Origin: Antedon mediterranea
Lineage: Eukaryota > Animalia > Echinodermata
Reading direction: 5' to 3'
NCBI RefSeq assembly: GCF_964355755.1
Contig: NC_092674.1
Span: 11,098,001 to 11,162,000 of the forward strand
DNA length: 64,000 bases
In this document: positions 41,301-54,237 of the stretch, one piece after another
Position numbering within the stretch: the first letter of the stretch is position 1
Layout: the number at the start of each line of letters is the position of its first letter
Made by a program: the position numbers and the translations under genes
The notes under the pieces: model-generated
Told to the model about the DNA's origin: nothing
Databases searched by the model: none
What the model saw: only the letters and a program-made list of their open reading frames with translations

Positions 41301-43899
41301 ATATAGATACAGTTAAATACTTCTGAAATATAAACCATCCATTTGGATCATTAACTTCTTCTAAAAATACCGCCATTTTGTTGTGACTTTCCACCAATCA
41401 AGATACTTATCGTACGGTTTAATCAAGTCTGTCGCATCACCACGACTCATAATTGCTAACAATTGTTGTTCCTCCCTCGGTTAACAAAAACACATACAAA
41501 ATTTGTTTACAACTATTTACAATTGTTGCATGTGTTCCAATGGGTTGAATTTCAGCCGAGAATCTTACTTGTTAAAATGAGAAAAGAAAATTATTGGCTT
41601 GTCCATAGTAAAACTTAATCTAGAGATTCTCGATTAAAATTCATATCACAAGAAGAGATACCATCAGAAACTTATACTCCTTAAATCAGGAATTGATCGC
41701 ATACTAACTAATTACATGACTTGTCTAGACAAACAACACACACTAACCTACTAACAACATTTTCCAACGGCAATGATATTCCAAATATTGCAGAGTAACA
41801 GAAAAAAACAAAAAAGAAAACCCCAAACCCAGTGCACTATACATCAACGTATGTGAATGATGACGTAACCACAAAACAAAGAAGGCAATACCAGATTTAC
41901 TTTCAACAGTAAAATACTACTGGTAAATTTAGTTTTAAGTTCCCTTCATACCTGCCACATTTTGGCATCTGAAGATTAAATTGCATTGCATTTAACATCC
42001 ATACTTAAAAGGAAAGTATACCCAGGTCAATATTTAAGGCAACTCTGGAAGGAATATCATCACCATTGCAAATTGTTGTTGTTGGAGACTACACAACTAC
42101 ACATCTTACATAGTAAAACTGGAAATTTCTAATCTATTTACCATCAATAAGAATAAGATAAACAATAAAATACTACTTAAAAGTTTGGCAACATTCATTA
42201 ATTGATTGTCAAATTGACCAATTAATTGACGACTAAGTAACTAAATATGTTAATCAATAAGCATGCATATTTATAACCTGTGTAATTCAGAAATAATCAT
42301 CGACCTTTAACCTTATGCCTAATATATATACTTTCTTTCATGTAAATAATTTCAGTAAAATAATTTCAGTGAAGAGGAGCTGAATAGTACTATTGTGTTT
42401 CCTTGCTGAATTATTAATCAAACTAATATTCCCAGCTTCTATGAATTATTTATGCAAATGAGAATGCAAATGAGTTTAATGGTATGAGCCTTATTTGCAT
42501 ATGCATACAGTATTTAGTTTAATGTTGCAGAGCAGTGTAAGGTGACCCATTAGCAAAAGCATTTTGAAGAAGCTTGGTGAAAGTTTAGGTTATAATGGTC
42601 AGGTATGACAAACATTTCCTTGATTAATTGTTTCAGAGTTAGAAGTGTTGTTCCAATTTATATCCAATGACCTAGCAGCTCCTGTAGTGGGTTTATGTAA
42701 ACCTAGAATAGAATATTCAAAATGAAAATACTGCATAATCATAAACTGATTGTCGAAATTACAGCTCTTTCTATAAAATAAAAACTTACAAAATATATTC
42801 AATTGTAAAACACAAATATCTAAAAAAATACATAAACAATTATCTTGTCCAAATGTGGTCCTTCAATGTAAAATATCTTTAAATTATCACTAAACGTTTT
42901 AAAAAATGATTATCGAAATTTACACTGCAAAATCACACAATTTCATTATCATTTTACTAGAGAAATTTTACATATGTTATTATCAAATTATCTGATAATC
43001 ATTATATTAATAAATTTGGCAAATCAATTCAAGAAAAAAAAATCACAAAAAACACAGTAGTGTTAAAGTGATAATTTTGGCACAAATTTGCATAAACAAT
43101 ATATGCATATTCACTTCAATATATCATCTTAATGAATTTGTCGAGGAGTTTAAATCTTTTAATATATCTTAAGGCAGTTCTTACGAACTACTTTCGAAAG
43201 CCATTTATTTTTATATATAAAAAGAATGTTGATTAATCCTTAATTTTGATTGAGCCTAAACTAATAAGAAAATATTAGACAAATTCTTATACATACTATC
43301 TACTAGTTATACATCAGTATTATTAACAAAAATAAATCAAAGAATCATTATTAAAAACAGTAGTCGACAACTTTGAAAACCAGCATTTTATTCCAGTTAT
43401 TAGTCTACTCATTTGGCACGTTTATATTATTTTTAACGATTGGCAAGAAAAAGAGTGAGTTGACAAAAATGAATTGGGAATAATATTTTGGCAAGCAATA
43501 TTATATATTTATATTTTAAATTGTATGGGTAGACTTTTTAAAAATGAGATGTGATACTAAAAAAATAGAAATGAAATAGAATGTTGAGCATGATCATTGT
43601 CACATGATTGCAAGCTTATATTTCTAGCAAAATCTAGAGCAAACTGGTCTAAACTGGATTGAAAGTTGAAAAATCTGGAGGAAACTGGTCTAAACTGGAT
43701 TAAAAGTTGCAGACTACTGATGTGAAAGGTCTGCAGCAAGGTGTGCAGCGCAAAAGCAAGCGACCATAATGGCCTTAGATTGCAATGTAACAAGTCACCA
43801 AGCAGCACTTGAAAAGCATACAGAATTTCAGCCAATAGGAATGAAGCCAGCTATATTCTGAGGAGCCTCTGCCAATTAGAGTCTGGATGCGATGGGGCG

Positions 43900-44030
43900 T
43901 TATTCAATTGCAGTAGCTGTGGTTGTTGCAGATGAAGGTGCATGATAGTATTTACAGCTTGGGCGGATGCATTTGCCTTTACCAGCATCACGACACATGG
44001 TCACTTTTCCATCGACAACCTCTACATACT
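43900..44030 (-). CDS. mbnl: Muscleblind-like, alternative terminal exon B (CCCH finger 6b)
   Basis: Pyrimidine tract plus CAG acceptor, phase 1; (E)YVEVVDGKVTMCRDAGKGKCIRPSCKYYHAPSSATTTATAIE*. Confidence 0.85.
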
Positions 44031-45386
44031 CTGCATGGCATGGAAAAGGCAAGGGTAATAGAAAAGACACATTTAACAAAAGCTACAAATGTTGACAAAA
44101 ACAGAGATGCCGCAGTTTCTATCTACAGTATATAGTTTAGATCGAAATAAAAAATTTTGAAATAAATTAATATTTAAAAATAAATGTTACTAAATTTTCT
44201 GATGGATATATTATTGCAAATTGTATGAGCAATTACAGAAATTTGTGGAAATTCATTTAGCAATTTAATTAAATTTGATTTGTACTCAAGGTAATATGTT
44301 TTAAATATTCTGATTATTAAATGAATCCACACAAATTCTCCAATTATCATAATATTAAGTATTAATAAGTGGTCAAAATGGTACACATTGTACTCTTAAG
44401 ATTAAGTAAAGTTTATCATAGAAACATTGCTACAACAACTGGCAAATATTTTCAAGTTTAGTGTGTTTAAACACATAACAATATTTGATAAATAATGTAC
44501 GAAACTTCCTTTCAGGAATAAATATACACACACATTAAATGTAAATTTTTAAATATAAGCTTCCGAAAAAATTGTGTTGAAAAATTTAAACATGGTATTT
44601 TCTGACCATGATTAGAGAATTGCTGCGGCAGAACTGTTTGTTAATAATATTTGCAGAACATTCATTCTCGCATAAAAAAAAAAATGCTAAAAAGAAAGCA
44701 AAATGTGGTGACATAACATAGAAAAGAAAATTATGAAAACGTCTACGCTACGAGACGTTCCCATCATGCATCAGTAATGAGTCAATAAGTATGTTCATTC
44801 ATTAAAAAGTGATAGAAAAATAAAATCGGTGGGTTTTTTTTTAAACAGCTAAAAAGGTATGCGGTGGTATTTGACAAGGCGCAATTAGAACACCCAAAAG
44901 GAGTGAGAAAAAGGCCATTAAAGGTGGAAGAATTTTTCTGGCGATAAAAAATTGAGTCAGCTATTCCTGCCATGCAATTTTTTTTTTTTTTAGTACATGC
45001 CAACTTGCAAACAAGCCTTAAGAGGGCGGTGTTTTCTCTTACAATACTTGCAATGTACAACTTAAAATGGTTATTTCCATTTTCTGTCTTACCATTCAAT
45101 GTAATATATACAAATTTTTGGTCTAGTTTCAAAACATGGCACGGTCATTGCACAGTCTAGATATACCATCAACAGATCACCAAAAATATATACTAAATTA
45201 TTTTTTTTTTCTTGTATTCCTCAAAAAGGAAATATATTTTATCCCCCTTCCATACTCATATTAAACGAAAAGTTCTTTGGAATGATGTTCAAGATTCAGT
45301 TGATGGTTTTAAGTTGCGGAATAAGCTGTGATCACATGATGTTCAGATGGTGATCAAATGTTCTTCACATGTTGCTCACATTGTTA

Positions 45387-45541
45387 TCACATGTTGTTTA
45401 CTACGGGAGTTGGGATTGCGGTGGGTATAGTCGATTGGACGCCATTAGGGGGATGGTAATATTTGCACTTGAGACGTGCACAGCGACCCTGAGCGGCGTA
45501 TCGACACATGGTTACCTTGCCGTCAATAATCTCTACATAGT
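45387..45541 (-). CDS. mbnl: Muscleblind-like, alternative terminal exon A (CCCH finger 6a)
   Basis: TTTCCTGTAG acceptor, phase 1; (D)YVEIIDGKVTMCRYAAQGRCARLKCKYYHPPNGVQSTIPTAIPTPVVNNM*. Confidence 0.85.
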
Positions 45542-46335
45542 CTACAGGAAACAGAACATAAACAACAAACAGGTCAAATACTAACAGTAAAACTATGTTT
45601 TATCTTTCATTTGAAACATTAATTGTAAATATGCTAAAATAGATGAGAGCAAGTCATTTTTTAAAACTTATTAGATTAAAATTTGTCACATTTTAGATTA
45701 AAAACAATTTTCTGTAACTTCAGGTTCAAAAGAATTATTTAATTGAAAAGACAATTGAAAACAATTTGAAATCGCACATATAATTATAAGGTGTAAATTT
45801 GGTAAATTTCATGAACATATCATTATTATATACCGTAATTACTATATTGTTAAATTTTGTTATATAGATTTGTACAAAAAATATACATTTTAAAATATTG
45901 TTTTAGTCTATTTTATTTTAATTTCATAATAATATTATGGCTGAAATTTGGATATATCTTATTTTACACTATTATAAGGCAAAGTATTCAAATTCATTAT
46001 AATTTGATTTAAGTTACCGTAATCATATTATGAATCTACAATTTAAACAGTAAAATAATGTTTAATATTTAACCAGATAACTAAATACAAACAAAACATT
46101 GTTGGTTTTTATAGCATTTTTTCATACAGAGAATTGGAAAAGATATGTTGTCCTAAACGGTATGAGTAAATTCTCCAGGGTTTAACGATTGTAATTAATT
46201 AGCAAATGTTAATGACAAATAAAGCCTTCTAAAGCTGCTCACTTAAGAGTTATCAATGAAGTCCCAGCTAAAGTAGGGCACACGTCGACACAAAAATATA
46301 GAAGCAGAAAAAGGTTAAAGGTTAAATAGACTTAC

Positions 46336-46417
46336 CTTCAGATACGTGTGCGTATTTGCAATTAGGACGCTTACAGTGACCGGACTTGAAGTCACGGCAG
46401 ACTGGCATTGTATCAGA
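46336..46417 (-). CDS. mbnl: Muscleblind-like exon (CCCH finger 5)
   Basis: TTTCAG|...|GTAAGT, phase 0-1; SDTMPVCRDFKSGHCKRPNCKYAHVSE. Confidence 0.9.
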
Positions 46418-47062
46418 CTGAAAAGATAATATTAGTGCAAAAACATGATGTAGATTATCGTATCATTAAGAATTTCAGCACATCAAAACCATATGAAGAT
46501 CTGGATCCTGCCAACTCCATGCCTTCCTTTTGAATCAGAATTTGAATGCATTTATATTTAGTTAAGCTATACAAGGCGCTAAATATCTTCAAGTATTCTA
46601 ACATCATAAAAATGTCTTTATTGTAAGTGGTCTAGTAAATGTAACTTGGTACGAAAGTGTGTAAAACTGGAAGGGTATGACATTTTTAAGTGTAGCGGCA
46701 TTTGTAAGTAATGGTGGTGATTGAGAGTGTTGAATCGCTATGTGTAACAATTATGATGCCTTTACATATCGGTGCGCTTTCACACGCAATCATGCATTAT
46801 AAATGAGAATGATGATGTCACAGTTGTTTGCTATGTTATACACATCTCTGAATAGAGTGTAACTAACAGCAACAACATAATGAAACAGCTTCATTTTCTG
46901 AACTATCCTGTTAGTAATATTCTTAATTGTTATCATTTATATATATATATATAATATATAATAATACGCGTGCGTACAACTGAGGACTAGTGCTGTTCCG
47001 CCGTACCACGCCGAGAATGTTAAAGAGTCGCTATCCAATCGAGTTCGAACAATACCATGAAA

Positions 47063-47134
47063 GCCCCAGTGGTCTAATTGTTAGGACATCTGCATATCAA
47101 GCAGGCGGTCCGAGTTCGAGTCTCGGTTGGGGCG
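47063..47134 (+). tRNA. tRNA-like cloverleaf, anticodon ATC (Asp), within the repeat
   Basis: Acceptor GCCCCAG/TTGGGGC, D GTCT/GGAC, anticodon stem TCTGC/GCAGG with loop ATATCAA, T arm CCGAG-TTCGAGT-CTCGG, then a T5 terminator; D-loop GG changed to TG. Confidence 0.7.
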
Positions 47135-47426
47135 ACTTTTTCTCATTCTCACAGATTTCCTCATCTTTATCGTTTCAAATTAATTAATTAAATTTCATTA
47201 TATCACCGGGCGGTTTAGAATTAATGTTCTTTGCCTGATTTGTTTATATATATAAAAGTATCTCTTCGGAGATCCCGCCTCGTGAATAAAAATACTGTAA
47301 GATGAGGGCGTATCAATTTGATCTCTGGTGCGCGTGCGTACAACTGAGGACTAGTGCTGTTCCGCCGTACCACGCCGAGAATGTTAAAGAGTCGCTATCC
47401 AATCGAGTTCGAACAATACCATGAAA

Positions 47427-47498
47427 GCCCCAGTGGTCTAATGGTTAGAACATCTGCATATCAAGCAGGCGGTCCGAGTTCGAGTCTCGGTTGGGGCG
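47427..47498 (+). tRNA. tRNA-like cloverleaf, anticodon ATC (Asp), second copy
   Basis: As above; D-loop GG intact, one D-stem mismatch (GAAC). Confidence 0.7.
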
Positions 47499-49890
47499 AC
47501 TTTTTCTCATTCTCACAGATTTCCTCATCTTTATCGTTTCTAATTAATTAATTAAATTTCAGTATATCACCGGGCGGTTTAGAATTAATGTTCTTTGCCT
47601 GATTTGTTTATATATATATATAATATATATAAAGTTCACATATTAATAATAACATTTGTTAAGGACACATACCCACCAAAATGCTCAAGGCACCAAAGGA
47701 CAAAATTGGAGATATTCTCTAATGGTCATTAAAACATCATATATATATATAAATTACCAAAATCATTTTTAATCACAATTAGTAATGGTTAACTGATTCC
47801 TTCATTGTTAGTAAATTTTGTGTAAATAGAAATAGCATAAATATTGTTGCTGGAACTAAACTATACCAAATACATTTTGATAAAATGTTATAGAACCAAT
47901 TCACCAATACCTAGATATACACTGCACAATAACAACCAACCAACCTAACACCATTCTTTATATATACCAGCTTTTAAATAATTTCAACTACATTAAACCT
48001 ATTGAGATATTACATTTTCAAATAAAGTTTTTTTGGTGAGAATTTATTTCACTCACTGTTTGAAGGAAAATGTGAGCAGAATACAATTAATTTGAAAATT
48101 ACTAATATTTTGATGTACTACATTGACTGTTATTTATCTTGAAAAATGAGTCAAAAGTCCAATAACAAATTTCATTTTTCAAACTCAAAAATTTAGGATC
48201 ACCAAAATGAAGATTTCTATAGTACACTAACATTATTACTTTATTTAGAATGCTGTTTTAAACAGAGTACAGTAATCCTAAAATCATATTAACTATTGTG
48301 TGCTTCTGAACCCCTCACCCACTTACCAAATCTGATATTTCATTATTTTCTGATCTCTACAAGAAAATTACATTTAAAAAAATTAAAAAAATTACCTATA
48401 GATAATTAATTTCATCAAGAATTAATTCTATTAAAATTATGGTAAAGAAATTTGTCATTTAAATCAATTTCATTATGTTTCCTTTGGGTAAATAAATAAA
48501 AAACCATTCCTCTTAATCTAAAAATTATTCTTTTATGGTAGAAGGACAATTGGATCTTTGCACTTAGGTAATGTTCAGACTCACAGCTTAAATGTATCTT
48601 TTTGTATGCATCATACACTTTTTCTGTTTGACCTGTGTGGATTTAGTACAAGACACAAGTTACACGTTGCTCGGAAATTGCAACGCAAGCAGAAAGACCA
48701 GTAATTCTGATTGCGACAAATGATGATTATTGTGATCATGATATTGATAACGAACCTCCATTTTCAAAAGGCACATGGAAGTTATGTTAGATTATAAATC
48801 TTAAAGCTGTGAATCTGAACTTCTTATTTCAGGCAAAGTCTACTCTACTCTGCCTAATCATATTAGAAGCTTTTGACTCTAATTTTCACTGTATTTTTAC
48901 ATATATCCTGCTGTTTAATCATAAACTAAAAATATTTAATCTTTTTAAGTACAGTTTATAGCTATTCAGTTTAAATTAAGAAATCCTTGAAGAAAAATGG
49001 ATTTTAGAAATTGAGTATCAAAGTGCATAGCAATCTAGTATAGCAATAATTATGTTTTTGTTTAATGTGTAATTACAGGTTATCCAAAGAAACATAATAC
49101 AACAGATTATGACTTTAAGCAACACCTATGTAATTGTAGATTCAACAATGGTATTAAATTAAAAATGTGCACATATATCTTGAAAGTCATGGCTTTTAAG
49201 AGTTCTAAGAGATGAAATTGTACACCAAAGCAATTCTTATATTAAAAGTAATATTTTGGTGAAATTCTTATGAGAAAATATTTAAAAGCAGAAGTCTAAG
49301 AGACACATCTTTATCTACTTGATACTAAAAAAAAAATTTAAAACAACAATAACTTTGCTATGATACAAGTTTGCGAGCTGTGCTACCTGTCAACCAATGG
49401 TGGAGCTATTATGAAATCCAGGAAGAAAAAGAAGAAATTGTCTGTTATCTAATCAGGACATCTTGCAGTTGAAATTTTAAAAAGAAATGTATTTAATTTG
49501 TCATTTCCAACAATAACAAAAAAGAAGCAAATTGAATTGACCATTACATGAAGGATTGACTTTTGTTTTTGAATATAAAATGCATATTCACCTCTGTTCA
49601 AGTTGTATGAGGCTTAATTAAAATTGTCAATCCATGATTAGAAACAAAAAGCTGATTAAAAATAAACCAGACAATTTAATTGCAGAGAACTTTAAACGTT
49701 TCAACTTTTCTCTTGAAAATTTTCCTTTTTTCAGCTTGCTAATATTTCAATTAGCTTTATAAAATCAAATTTAATCATTAATTGACTTAATAATTGTTCT
49801 GAGGCTACGCTAAATTTACATCTGTATTTCTTTCATGCACCACCACTGACTTGAGTACAAGCTGATTGTGAAAAAGGTTAATGTGACTAC

Positions 49891-49955
49891 CTGTTGAGCT
49901 TGAACTAGGTGTTGCGTCAGGTAAGGTAATGTGCCTTGATGTGGAACCATAGACA
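49891..49955 (-). CDS. mbnl: Muscleblind-like exon
   Basis: TGTAG|...CAG|GTAGT, phase 1-0, bridging the neighbouring exons in frame; (L)SMVPHQGTLPYLTQHLVQAQQ. Confidence 0.75.
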
Positions 49956-52288
49956 CTACATTGGACGAAGCATGGTGTAGCCAATCAGATGCATTAGGCA
50001 AGCAGTCGAGTATACAGTGACCACAGCATGAAAGACAATACAAAGAGAAAATGAGAAAAAAAAGATGCAGTTATATATTTGTTACTTTTGCAAGTTTCAG
50101 CAAGGATATAGGTAATGCGTTAACAAAATTTGGAATTAAATTCAAAAGTACTTGAAGACTTGAATTGAAGAAAAGCCTGTTGCATTAAACTGTTTATTTA
50201 TATTTAACAAAACTGATTTCGATTAAAGCTAAAGGGAGGGCACAACAACCTGCCAACTATTAATTTGTGATTCTCCTTGCGAGACCTAGATAGTGGCATT
50301 TTGAATAGAATTATCATTTATTAGCATTTTGGTAGTAATTATATATGTATATTTATTTGGTAAGCAAAATAAACTTATTGAAATGAAAATTTTAACAATA
50401 AATATACACTTTCCTCTAGTCTTATAACCTATCTTTTCTTTGACAGTAAATGATTTTGTTTATCAAAAATTGTTCTGTATTTGGTTTTGTTTTGAAATTG
50501 TTCATTGAGCCTGTGTTATCACTAAATCATATTACTATACAAGATAAAATTATCACAAGTTAGTTTGATTGATGGATATATTAATTGATATGAAGATTGA
50601 CTGTTATAAATAGATACTTCTTATACAGGTAGTAATCATTAAACGTTGACAGTGATCAATTAGAGAAGTTTATTTTACTAATTATTCTATGTCTGCAAAC
50701 GAACCTAGTGGCCTACATAAATTGCATATGGTCAATGACCCGAAGGCATCTGGTCTAATTAGATTTAGATATGGTGATTTTGAAAATGGCAATCCTACTG
50801 AGAGACTTGAACTCAGAATCCTACAAGAAGTTGCAACAGCAAATGTCTTGACAATTTTTTTAGATGATGTCCCTGACTGACTATTCAATTATTCTAATTG
50901 CATGTTTAATGCAGACTTGGGGGTAAATTCAGCAACAGGCAATTCATTTTTATATACATTTTTTTTTGCCAATAAGGTAGTTCAATAACTTATAAATATA
51001 CTTTCATACTATATACAGTAATGCATTTAAAAAAAATTATTAGCCAATTAGCAGCGAGCTTTGTGAAGCTTTTTAAGTACTTGCAACAGCCACTGTGATT
51101 GGATGAAGCTAACTTTCTTTTTAAAAATCAATTTAAGGTACTGTACTGTCTAACAGACACAAAAGCATTAACAAGCAATTTTTCTTAACTATACATAATG
51201 TTAATATGTCTAATCTGGAGTACAATTTCCTAAATGTCTTTGGTATGAATGTAAAAAAAATGAGCATACGTTTTTAATGATGACAAGTATTAATTCTTTC
51301 TTTGATAGTGTATTGACATAACTTATAATCAGCTTGGATGTGTCTTGAAATGAATATTTAAACTATATTTCTTTTGTCAATTTTCTCGCTGTATAAATAA
51401 TTAAGCTTTAAAATAGGATTTATCAATCAAATAAGAACACTATTTACTGTTTATGTCAAGGATATGCTACAAAAATGATACAAATTTAAATGCTAAATCA
51501 ACCAATGGATACCAAATTTTGAGAAATGTTGTGTCATAACTAAATGAGGTGCGTGTTTTTCATAACTTGAGTACTTGAAATTGAATTGTTTAATAGTAAT
51601 TCTTGTTTGTGTAATTCTGATTGTTCTTAATTCAAATTGATTAACACGATATCTTGACAAAAATCTTGACAAAATTTAGATCTAATTCATTTTTGTGTTG
51701 GCCATTAGACCACCTAAACCACTTTTTGGTTTGATCATGTTTAATTGTTATTTACGAATTATACCTTTTTCACATCTGCATAAATTGTAACAAGTTTTTC
51801 ACACACCCATACACAAACAACTCGGACATCTCAGAACAAATAAACAGGCCTCTCATTGGTGTGTTTTTTCCCATATGCAAGTTATTACTTTTTGCAGGTG
51901 TGAAAAGGGTAGGATAAGATTTCTTAAAAGTCTTCCATTTGGAAGTATAAAATGAATAATATCTGTATTCTTGACAACATCAATCAAAGAAACTTTGAAA
52001 ATGTTTGTTTATTTTTAAATTATTCTTTTTTTCAAAGTAACGATATTCCACATTTTATAATAGATATAGATATTAAAGACCTATTGATAATTGTAACAAT
52101 GTAGTATCTTTGTTTACATCAAGACTTATTGTCTTCATGGAACGAGGTCATTAAGAATTATATTTAAAATATGAAAGCAGTCGCAAAAAATAAAAATATG
52201 AAAAATTTCATTAAAAAAATATTTAAATGAAAAATAAAAAACAATTTTCAAGTATCATAGTGATAGCAGCTTAATGTGATGATCTTAC

Positions 52289-52406
52289 ATGTTTGGACTA
52301 AAGGCTGTGGTCCCATTACAGCAGCAGCCAATTGTGGATGGTACATAAAATTTGCTGGAACCATTGGTGCAGTCATTCCTGGTCCTTTCTTCATTGGAGG
52401 CATTGC
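52289..52406 (-). CDS. mbnl: Muscleblind-like exon
   Basis: TTTCTAG|...|GTAAGA, phase 0-1; AMPPMKKGPGMTAPMVPANFMYHPQLAAAVMGPQPLVQT. Confidence 0.85.
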
Positions 52407-53716
52407 CTAGAAAAGGGTTGAAGTTTGGTCATGCATCAACAAACACAAACTATATAAAACTTAAACAATTCCAAATGTGATACTAGTAGATAAAAACCTA
52501 AAAATCCCAATATGTGTTATGTATATCACATTTGAAACATTACTCTGTTTATCAAGTGTCAATAATTGCATGTGAAAAATCCCTTGTTAAAAGACCCAAT
52601 GGTTGAATGTAAAGATGATGTGGGAAAAGCATGTAAGGGAAAACAGAGGGAGGGAAATATCAAGAAGGAAGAGCACCAAGTTTACAAAAGTGTTCTTATT
52701 ACACAAAGGAATAAAGCGGTTTTGTAACGAATTTGCACCAAATTTGGTTCTACAACATTGCTGTAAGCGCAAAATAAAATAAAAGTATTTAGGGTTTTAG
52801 AAAACTTTTGTTTGTTATCAATTAATTTTGTTGATGTATTGTTAATGTGACCAACGACTGATGGACATAGTCTTACATGCATGATATGAAATAGAGGAAC
52901 TTTCACATGCAATCATTATAGAGACCTGACAAGCAGCAACAAGACAAGAATATGAGTAAATTCCATCATAAGATGCTTAAAATAATAGTTCAAAAGCATT
53001 TTTTTTTTAAACTTTAAATTAGTGCAAACAATTCCATAGCCTTAATGCCTAACTTTCTAAATAGACTTTTAGATGTCTGTTTTCTTTGAAAAAAGTTTAA
53101 GGGGTAAACCTGTACACCTTGGTTAAATAAATTTCTAATGGTGGTTATAAATAGCTGATATGTTAGGGTAGAAAAGGAAATATACTACAAAACATTGGTC
53201 ACAATGATATAGAATTTTAATGATGAAGGACAGGACAAATAGATGCTTCTACACACATACTAGATGTTTAGAATAAGTTCCCTAGCATCATCTAAAATTT
53301 CAGCCTCAGCTAGCCTCCTAATCTTAGGTGAAGGGTAGACAGAAGGAAGTGAGCCCTCTTTGTTAAGAGATGCCGCTTTAGCATGATGTGCTGATGATGC
53401 AACATAAAACCCCGGCTATAGTAGTAGTGTGAAAGCCTATGCTGTGTGCTAACTAACTATAGTTATATAAAGCAGGAACTATATTATAATAATAAATCAT
53501 CAAAATGATAATATATTCTGACAGGGAGAAATATATTGAATAAATAGGAAGCGACAACAATGGGTACAAGAGTACAAGAATGGTTTATGAGAAACGGAGT
53601 GATAACTAGATATGCCATTACATACACAATCAAATAAATAATAATAAAATAAAAAATGAGATTCACTTAAAAAAGCTAGCTGAGTTCCTAATTAAAATGC
53701 CAAGCAAAGACAATAC

Positions 53717-53782
53717 CATTAATAGATCTTCACTGATATCACTGGTCCGTTTGAGCCTGTTTGTTTCGGCCGTGGTCGGAAG
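53717..53782 (-). CDS. mbnl: Muscleblind-like 66-nt cassette exon (NLS-like)
   Basis: TAAG|...ATG|GTATT, phase 0-0; LPTTAETNRLKRTSDISEDLLM, resembling the LKRP..FDL exon that follows ZnF4 in vertebrate MBNL. Confidence 0.7.
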
Positions 53783-54223
53783 CTTATTAGTATATGCACA
53801 GCAGATGGGTATTGGCCAATGGGATTGCAGCATGTACAGGCAGAGTCATTAACATAAACAGCGAGAGCAGCAATGCATCGTGGGTGGAAAAACAAAAGAG
53901 CAAAATAGGGTGATGTCAGTGTTACATGCAATTATGAATCAAGAAGAGTCGGAGTTTTGTTGTATCAACAAAGATAGGGGGCGCATTACATACAGTTCAC
54001 TCGCTTTTACATGTTTAATAAAAAAAAAATAGCATCGTGCACAGATGAAAGAAACAGAACATTATGAATAATCATTAGCCTGTAGAATTAAGGCTGAATA
54101 AGTAGAACGTGATTTAGCAATTTCAATTTGAATCCTTCATGCAACAAGTAAAAGCGATTGATAGGCCAAAGATGGCCATGCAATGAACAGCGCCCCCATG
54201 CTCTGACTCTATATATTTTGAAA

Positions 54224-54237
54224 ACACTAGATGGCGC
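54224..54237 (+). promoter_or_regulatory. CTCF-like motif
   Basis: ACACTAGATGGCGC matches CCASYAGRKGGCRS at 13/14 positions; motif match only. Confidence 0.3.

Larger units (their letters stand above)
46967..47610 (+). mobile_element. Two tandem copies (offset 364) of a tRNA-containing repeat element in a (TA)n tract
   Basis: 46967-47250 matches 47331-47612 with few substitutions; TA-rich flanks duplicated. Confidence 0.85.

Noticed and set aside
50682-50888. Overlapping short ORFs in an mbnl intron
   Set aside because: No phase-compatible splice sites giving a convincing product
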